Positions 18,371 through 24,046 of a stretch of DNA of 24,046 bases are shown here, piece after piece (within the stretch, counting starts at the first letter, position 1; every line of letters begins with the position of its first letter). The notes beneath the pieces were generated by a model. The model made no database searches and was not told the origin of the DNA. It worked only from the letters and a program-made list of their open reading frames with translations. A program made the position numbers and the translations under genes. The DNA comes from a virus (lineage: Duplodnaviria; Caudoviricetes). The DNA lies in IMG/VR virus record IMGVR_UViG_3300003873_000063, positions 1 to 24,046 of that record. One strand, 5' to 3'.

Positions 18371-19030
18371 TTACGGATTCATGCCTGGGTACATGCGTTC
18401 AGCCATCGGCTTGTCGCCCTGTGGGTTTGCATCGCCATTAACGAAAGTGTCTTCGCTAATTTTCAAACCTGCACGGTAGAACGCACGGATAATTTCGGGA
18501 TGGTTGCCAATCCCTGTTTCATTCAACAATGTTGTGAGTTCAGGTGTACCGAACGCATCCATTGCTTTTTTAGCCACTGCCAAGTTTTCATTCAGCTTTT
18601 CGCCACCAAGCTCTTTATCTGATTTGGTATCGTTCGCCCATGATTCATGTACTGCTGCAATTTGTTCCGCTTGCCGTTCAGCCATCGATGATGCCATTGT
18701 ATCAAGCATCTTTTGTGCGTTTTCTTGGCTTAGGTTAAGCTCTTTGGCAACTTCGCTGTATGCAGAAACAACCGCATCATCAATCTCAATGCCTTCTTGT
18801 TGCTTGAACTCATAGCTTTCAGGTGCGCCTGCATCCTTTGCTTCACCTTCACTGGATGATTCGCCTTCACCTTTATCATCAGAGGCTTGCTGTTCACCTT
18901 CGGCATCTTTCTGCTCACCCTGCTCACCTTCGCCATCAGTCGGCTTAGCATCGGTTAGCAACGTACCTGCTTCGACCTCCTGTTGTGCTGCATCGCCAGT
19001 ATCTGCTGCTACACCATCATCAACCTTCAT
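18371..19030 (-). CDS. Capsid scaffolding / assembly protein
   Basis: Acidic low-complexity N-terminus; APESYEF, AKELNLSQENAQK and GIGNHPEIIRAF..G..ISED motifs; immediately upstream of the capsid gene. Confidence 0.85.
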   Translation of the reverse strand: MKVDDGVAADTGDAAQQEVEAGTLLTDAKPTDGEGEQGEQKDAEGEQQASDDKGEGESSSEGEAKDAGAPESYEFKQQEGIEIDDAVVSAYSEVAKELNLSQENAQKMLDTMASSMAERQAEQIAAVHESWANDTKSDKELGGEKLNENLAVAKKAMDAFGTPELTTLLNETGIGNHPEIIRAFYRAGLKISEDTFVNGDANPQGDKPMAERMYPGMNP

Positions 19031-19292
19031 GTTGGTTCTCCCTTTGCATTTTTATGTAGGATTCATAGCAATGCTCAATAACGCTGGATAAAAGCTTCAA
19101 GCCGTTATTCCTGCGACCTTCATTAAACGCCATTGCCAATGAATCAGTGTTGAATGAGGAGCGAAACACACCCGAACTTGCAATGTTGCTATAAACAAAC
19201 CTGCGCCCCATCTCGCTTCCCATCACCCAACGCAAATCTTCAATCTCTTGAAGCTCTTCCTTGCTGATTTCTTCTTGGTTCGATTCATCCAT
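19020..19292 (-). CDS. Bbp19-like small head protein
   Basis: DLRWVMGSEMGRRFV...GVFRSSF...MAFNEGRRNNGL motif; located between portal and scaffold. Confidence 0.8.
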   Translation of the reverse strand: MDESNQEEISKEELQEIEDLRWVMGSEMGRRFVYSNIASSGVFRSSFNTDSLAMAFNEGRRNNGLKLLSSVIEHCYESYIKMQRENQHEG

Positions 19293-19298
19293 GCCGCA

Positions 19299-19331
19299 AC
19301 CTTAATGGCGTATTTTCCGTTATATGCACCC
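19299..19331 (-). promoter_or_regulatory. Putative late promoter 2 (scaffold / capsid module)
   Basis: GGGTGCATATAA (19331-19320), 15-nt spacer, TAAGGT (19304-19299), then 6 nt to the ATG at 19292; follows the portal TGA TGA. Confidence 0.8.
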
Positions 19332-19334
19332 TCA

Positions 19335-21005
19335 TCATGTGTAACCGCTGAATGCCGAGGTGGCATCGGTTAAGGCATTGGGTTCATTGGTTTTTGCATT
19401 GGAAAGTTTTTGCGCTGTATCGGCATGTTGGTTCATCTGTTCGGCTTGTGCTGCTTGGGCTTGTTGCTGCACTCGCTGCTGTCGTACTTGTGCCACTTCT
19501 TCATCACCTTTAATCAGTGAAGGGTCAATGCCGAGTGCATCGGAATAGGTGTCTGCCCACTTATCGACATCAAACTTATCAAGGACATCAGGGTTCATTT
19601 GCGCGATAGCCCCGAGATTGCCAACAAAACGGTCAACACTGTTGTTGCCAACGCTGCGTTGCGCTTGGGCTAACATGCTGACCAACTCAACCTTGATGTC
19701 ATGACCTTGTAATTCTTCGGGTGGTGTTGGTAAAATTCCTGCCTGCATCATGTGGTCGAAGGTGATATTGATTAAGGGTGATAAAAGCTCGTTTTGTAAG
19801 CGTTCGAGTACGGGTCCTAACATCAACAGCTTTTCTTCATGCCGTTCAGCCACTTCGGTCGCTGTCATATTGGTGTTCTGCATATTTGAAATCATCAGGA
19901 ATAAATCAGCATAGAATGATGAATTGATTCGACTGCGAACATCTTGGACATCCATGAGCAAGCCATTTAGATCAAGTTGAACCTCAAAAGCCGAACGAAT
20001 GCCTTTGCTTTGCCCGTCATCGTCAACATAAGTGACCCCACCTGGTAAACGATTGACCGCTTTGTGTTTTAACGAATCAGGCACCTGCAATGGTGGATTG
20101 GTTTGATAATCAATCGCCTGCCCTTTGCGAAGCTGCTCTTGCTGTAGCTGCTTAATGTCGCCCAAAGCCTCCATGGCTGGACCACCGCCATAAACATCAC
20201 CGCCAAACGTTGACCACCGAGGGCATAGTGCAGGAAAACGTTCAAAGCCTGATTCCCTTAAATACTTATCATTGTTATCGGTTAGCTCGAAGTAAACAGA
20301 ACGCCAGGCCATGTTCTTTGAATCTGACTTGGTGGCATCCCTATCTGTACGCGGTTCAATCGCATGAATGATGGTGACTTTCCCATCAAGGTTGCCTTGC
20401 TCATACATGCTTTTGATTGCTGTGCTGACATTCTCAATGCCAAACTCTGAAACGGTTTCTGCAACCGTGCGCTGAAACTCACGATACAGTGTATCAACCT
20501 CGCCTTTCCAGTTCGTTGCCAAGGCGTACTCACCACAGGTTAGTGGGTATGCGTGAATCACATTCTTAAAATCAGGCAATAGGATGCATGCAGCCGTGCC
20601 ATAAGCCCCAAGTTCTTCATACTGGGTATGCAACACACGATAGATATTGGAATGATTAAAGATGTTGTGCATCTCAACTGTCGCATTTGCAAGCCACTTT
20701 TTCACTTCATGCTGTTCTTTAAGTCCTAAATCATGGATGCCAAGCTTAAACCAAGGGCGAGCTGGCGATGTCATGCCTGCCATCATGCCTGCCGCCAACA
20801 CACGCAAAGCCCGAGTTCCAGTGTTGTCATAGATGCTGTTGATTCTCTGCTGTCCACGGTTCCTATCTTGCACAAAGAATCGACCGCTTCGGGGCATGAC
20901 GTTGGTGCTAATATCTCGCCAATGGGTCCACCATGATGCACGCTCTGTTTTAAGCGCGCTCCACCGTGTGGATAGTTTGTTCTTTTTGACTTTATTGGCT
21001 GCCAT
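19335..21005 (-). CDS. Portal protein (head-to-tail connector, T7 gp8 / BPP-1-like)
   Basis: IYDNTGTRALRVLAAGMMAGMTSPARPWF, MTATEVAERHEEKLLMLGPVLERL and Gln-rich C-terminus; 556 aa. Confidence 0.95.
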   Translation of the reverse strand: MAANKVKKNKLSTRWSALKTERASWWTHWRDISTNVMPRSGRFFVQDRNRGQQRINSIYDNTGTRALRVLAAGMMAGMTSPARPWFKLGIHDLGLKEQHEVKKWLANATVEMHNIFNHSNIYRVLHTQYEELGAYGTAACILLPDFKNVIHAYPLTCGEYALATNWKGEVDTLYREFQRTVAETVSEFGIENVSTAIKSMYEQGNLDGKVTIIHAIEPRTDRDATKSDSKNMAWRSVYFELTDNNDKYLRESGFERFPALCPRWSTFGGDVYGGGPAMEALGDIKQLQQEQLRKGQAIDYQTNPPLQVPDSLKHKAVNRLPGGVTYVDDDGQSKGIRSAFEVQLDLNGLLMDVQDVRSRINSSFYADLFLMISNMQNTNMTATEVAERHEEKLLMLGPVLERLQNELLSPLINITFDHMMQAGILPTPPEELQGHDIKVELVSMLAQAQRSVGNNSVDRFVGNLGAIAQMNPDVLDKFDVDKWADTYSDALGIDPSLIKGDEEVAQVRQQRVQQQAQAAQAEQMNQHADTAQKLSNAKTNEPNALTDATSAFSGYT

Positions 21006-21006
21006 C

Positions 21007-21324
21007 TTATGCGCCTAACAACGTGCTTTTACCAAGCTGCCCTGCCGTCGGAGCTGCTCCATTCTGCCCAGTGAGCATGGTTCCTGATTGACCACCTTTT
21101 GCCGCTTGCTGTGCTGTAGCGAGTGCGTTCATTGTGTTGGGTCGCTTCTGATTCTTCTTGTTGAATTGCTGCTGTTGTTTGAGCTGATTGGCATTTGCAC
21201 GTTTTACAGCGTTATCCTGCGCTCTTGCTTGTGCGCTTGCTGACTTTTCACCTGAATAGATTGAATACCCTGTGCCAACTACTGCGGTAGCTGCAGTAAT
21301 TGCAGCGAGTGTTCCTGTAGCCAT
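21007..21324 (-). CDS. Small virion protein (T7 gp6.7/7.3-position), possibly ejected
   Basis: Probable start MATGTLAA at 21324 (SD GGGAG); hydrophobic N-terminus, Gln/Ala-rich middle, GTMLTG...GKSTLLGA C-terminus typical of pre-portal genes. Confidence 0.7.
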   Translation of the reverse strand: MATGTLAAITAATAVVGTGYSIYSGEKSASAQARAQDNAVKRANANQLKQQQQFNKKNQKRPNTMNALATAQQAAKGGQSGTMLTGQNGAAPTAGQLGKSTLLGA

Positions 21325-21325
21325 A

Positions 21326-21769
21326 TCAAATCTCCCTACTTGCGATTGCGCATTGAAGTTCATATCCGTGCTTCTCCAAGATTGCACCAAGTGGCGTTCC
21401 ACTTCGGCAATGCCATTGGAAATCAACTGCGCCACGTTTCTTTGCTTCGATTTCAGCTTGTTTAATCAAACGGTATGAGATTGTTTTGTTTCGATAAGCA
21501 GGATGCACAAAGAGCGAATCATTGATGCCTGAAACAATGGAGGGGTTGTGAATGTTTGGCGTGATTAGAACGGTGCAGTAACCAACAATGGATTCCCCAT
21601 ATCTAGCCACTAGAGCCACCATTAAGCCTTGCTCAAAAAGGTATTGGTATGTTTTTACGTCAGGCTTGAACTCGAACCCAAAACCTGTTTCCGCCCAATT
21701 CTCTGCAAGAAGCTTGGTGATTTGTGGGATGATTTCAGCAGGGTTCTCGATAGCGTAAGTAATATCCAT
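21326..21769 (-). CDS. GNAT-family acetyltransferase
   Basis: Probable ATG at 21769 (MDITYA). IVGYC, LFVHPAYRNKTISYRLIKQAEIEAKKRG (acetyl-CoA-binding motif A) and LEKHGY. Confidence 0.85.
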   Translation of the reverse strand: MDITYAIENPAEIIPQITKLLAENWAETGFGFEFKPDVKTYQYLFEQGLMVALVARYGESIVGYCTVLITPNIHNPSIVSGINDSLFVHPAYRNKTISYRLIKQAEIEAKKRGAVDFQWHCRSGTPLGAILEKHGYELQCAIASREI

Positions 21770-21776
21770 GCGCCAC

Positions 21777-21809
21777 AATGTATGCGCTAAATGCTCGTTA
21801 TATGCACCC
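21777..21809 (-). promoter_or_regulatory. Putative late promoter 1 (GNAT / portal module)
   Basis: GGGTGCATATAA (21809-21798, overlapping the terL TAG), 15-nt spacer, TACATT (21782-21777), then 7 nt to the ATG at 21769. Confidence 0.8.
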
Positions 21810-23248
21810 TAGCCGTATGGATTGTAGTCCAACGGATTATTCTGCTGCATTGGTTCATCATTTAGAATCAGCGGCTCGGCTGTCATTGCCATTACAAGCG
21901 CATCAAACAAATTGGGTGAAGATATGCCCATGGCTTTCATCTCCATCTTTGTCGCAAGTTGTATCTTGCCTGCGTTGTTTGGCTTGAGCGGTATGCGTGA
22001 GACTTCGGAGCGCAGTAAATCCAAGCTTGCCATATCAGGGTTAATCGCAATGCAATCATCATGTGATATGCCTTTCTCACCCTGCATCAAACGATAAGTA
22101 TTGTAGAACCTATCACGCAGCATCCATGCAGCCTGCGCCCTGCGATTGTAAAACGTTTCTTTGTTTGTTTTGGGCGACTTATCCAGTGAATCAGGTCTTG
22201 CATACCTTGCATGGGGTCGTTTTGACGCATGACTACCTCGATAGCCGTCAACCATCACCCTCATACCGCCAAGTCTGCGATTCGCAGGCGCACGCACACC
22301 ACACCCCATGCCGTCTTCATCATAAATGAATGCATCAGGCTTCTTCTGTAATGCGTAAGATATTGCCCAGTCGTTGCCTGCTTCAAAGTCACCTGTACTC
22401 ATTTCCTGCGCATCCATGATGCAAACACCATGTCGATAGACTAAGCCTTTGCTGTCTGCACCTTCATCCGAAGGGTCGAACCCAATCGCTGTAATACCTT
22501 CAGGCTTGATTGTTCCCCAAGCTTGCACCGCTGCATTGAACCATTCCACACTGATAATTGCGCTATCCACTGAATCGTAAAACTCCCCATCCCATATATG
22601 CCGATACAAAGCAGGCGGTTTGTTGGTTAAATCGTATTGCCGCTCTTGCTCCAATGAATCGGGAAAAAACGGATTGTCGTTGTAATTGATTTTGACGATC
22701 AAGTGCAGGTCATCTTCATAATAACCGTGCAATGCCAATTCTTTTTCAAAGGGCTTGATGAATCGCTTACTGAATGGGTCGTTTGAGCTTAGAGGGTTGC
22801 CAGCAAAGAATATCTCACTATCCGCCGCACGGATGGATGGTGTAAGTAATTCCAATGACTTTGCACTGATGGTTTGCGCTTCCTCAACAAATGCGAGCTT
22901 GATAGCGTCCATTGATTTTAGGCTTTCAGGATTGCGAGATAAGCCACGATAGACGACCGAACCGCCACGCTCATGCCTGATTTCATTGTTCACAATCGTG
23001 AACCCATCAAGCCCAAGTAATTCAATCTGTGACACGATGCTAGAATGCACTGAATCAGCGATTGAGTTCATGTTTTCACGACAGCAAACAACTTTATAGT
23101 TTTGATACTGGTGAACTCGCGCAGCAATCAATGCAGCAATCGTTTGAGATTTCCCCGAACCACGCCCCCCAATCGCTACCTTAAACCTCTTTTTCTTTGA
23201 AAAGAGCGGCAACAATCGCTTGGGAACTTGTAACGTCTTACTCGACAC
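21809..23248 (-). CDS. terL: Terminase large subunit (PBSX/Sf6-like)
   Basis: Walker A IGGRGSGKS, Walker B AFVEEAQ, coupling motif FAGNP, YRHIWDG and RNase H-like nuclease GFDPSDEGAD...SPNLFDAL; GTG start. Confidence 0.95.
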   Translation of the reverse strand: MSSKTLQVPKRLLPLFSKKKRFKVAIGGRGSGKSQTIAALIAARVHQYQNYKVVCCRENMNSIADSVHSSIVSQIELLGLDGFTIVNNEIRHERGGSVVYRGLSRNPESLKSMDAIKLAFVEEAQTISAKSLELLTPSIRAADSEIFFAGNPLSSNDPFSKRFIKPFEKELALHGYYEDDLHLIVKINYNDNPFFPDSLEQERQYDLTNKPPALYRHIWDGEFYDSVDSAIISVEWFNAAVQAWGTIKPEGITAIGFDPSDEGADSKGLVYRHGVCIMDAQEMSTGDFEAGNDWAISYALQKKPDAFIYDEDGMGCGVRAPANRRLGGMRVMVDGYRGSHASKRPHARYARPDSLDKSPKTNKETFYNRRAQAAWMLRDRFYNTYRLMQGEKGISHDDCIAINPDMASLDLLRSEVSRIPLKPNNAGKIQLATKMEMKAMGISSPNLFDALVMAMTAEPLILNDEPMQQNNPLDYNPYG

Positions 23249-23657
23249 CTTCCACCTTGATGCCTGTCACTTGCACTGTTGAATCAACAAGCTTCTTATC
23301 TGTCCACATCGCCAGGTGTTTGCCAAGAAGCTCACAACCTTTCAGGACTGCTGCTTTGTCTTGCAATACTTCGTTGCCATCCTTGTCGTAAACCTTCTGC
23401 TTACCATCATCAATCACCTCTTTGATGGTATTCAGTACATAATCAGCATTAATTTCAGAGCGTTTTATCCTAGCCTCCTGCAATTCCGCTATACGCTCCT
23501 GAACCTTTACCAAAGCTAATAGCTGTGAAGCCTTTGAATCAGCCCCTTTTTCACTGTACCCAGCGCGAATTGCAGATTGCTTTCCATTAAAGTCGATAAT
23601 GTACTCTCTGCAAAATTTTTCCTGCATTGGGTATAGCTTATCAGGATTTGAACTCAC
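23238..23657 (-). CDS. terS: Terminase small subunit
   Basis: Probable GTG start at 23657 (GTGA overlap). QEKFCREYIIDFNGKQSAIRAGYS HTH and ELLGKHLAMWTDK are typical of the SF6/SPP1 G1P-like TerS family. Confidence 0.92.
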   Translation of the reverse strand: MSSNPDKLYPMQEKFCREYIIDFNGKQSAIRAGYSEKGADSKASQLLALVKVQERIAELQEARIKRSEINADYVLNTIKEVIDDGKQKVYDKDGNEVLQDKAAVLKGCELLGKHLAMWTDKKLVDSTVQVTGIKVEGVE

Positions 23658-23899
23658 CGCTTCACCCTCTTTGTCTTTACAGAAGTTTGGCATCTTGCCG
23701 TTCCACAGCACCAGCTGCGAACCGTACTTACTGGCAACCCTAAATTCTTGGCAATCATCTTGTAGCCATACATGTCACCATCATAAAGGTACTGCACCAT
23801 CCGTACAAGCGAGTCGGGGTACTTCGCATTCTGATGACTTTCCCCCACACGCCTGCCATCTTCATTCACAGATACATAGACAAGACGCACTCTGCTCAT
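23654..23899 (-). CDS. Small helix-turn-helix DNA-binding protein
   Basis: Probable start MSRVRL at 23899. GESHQNAKY..LV and GYKMIAKNLGLPVSTVRSWC form a clear HTH; translationally coupled to terS. Confidence 0.75.
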   Translation of the reverse strand: MSRVRLVYVSVNEDGRRVGESHQNAKYPDSLVRMVQYLYDGDMYGYKMIAKNLGLPVSTVRSWCCGTARCQTSVKTKRVKR

Positions 23900-23900
23900 A

Positions 23901-24046
23901 TTACCAATCACACCCAAAGGCTTCATTGGTTTCTTTTGATGCAGGCTTTCGATAAACGCGACAGTTCTCTTTCGGAATACGGTTGTTGATTTCACGAAGC
24001 TCTCGCTCCAACTTCTCAATTTCGTATTGATGCCACTTAATGCGTT
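23901..24046 (-). CDS. Partial hypothetical protein (3' end only)
   Basis: Open frame from the window edge, ...RIKWHQYEIEKLERELREINNRIPKENCRVYRKPASKETNEAFGCDW*; its stop lies 1 nt before the next ATG. Confidence 0.6.
   Translation of the reverse strand, partial: RIKWHQYEIEKLERELREINNRIPKENCRVYRKPASKETNEAFGCDW

Noticed and set aside
208-23955. Numerous plus-strand and nested alternative-frame ORFs in the track
   Set aside because: They are shadows of well-supported minus-strand genes and show no recognisable motifs.
1-24046. tRNA, rRNA, CRISPR array, IS element, integrase/att site, intron or intein
   Set aside because: The window is almost fully tiled by intact CDSs and none of these signatures was seen; prophage versus free phage cannot be decided.

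Overview
This 24 kb window is the late (morphogenesis and lysis) region of a tailed dsDNA phage or prophage. It has a podovirus-type, BPP-1/APSE/T7-supergroup-like structural module, and every gene I could support is on the minus strand. In transcription order (right to left) the genes are: a partial ORF, a small HTH protein, TerS, TerL, a GNAT acetyltransferase, a small virion protein, portal, a Bbp19-like protein, scaffold, major capsid, cement protein, a 54-aa ORF and an intrinsic terminator. These are followed by tail tubular A and B, two internal (ejection) proteins, a 2533-aa polyvalent internal protein, a split tail-fibre module, a holin-like protein, a peptidase M15 endolysin and a partial small helical protein. 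The strongest unannotated signal is a late-promoter-like element, GGGTGCATATAA-N15-TAnnnT. It occurs three times with identical spacing, each time directly behind a stop codon, and appears coupled to translation control through leaderless starts and an SD-sequestering hairpin. Other notable points are tandem ADP-ribosyltransferase-like cassettes plus a zincin in the giant ejected protein, a nested domain duplication in tail tubular B, and a possible nucleotide-sponge anti-defence gene after the endolysin. All product calls come from motif recognition and synteny by eye; no database searches were run, and the host cannot be determined.
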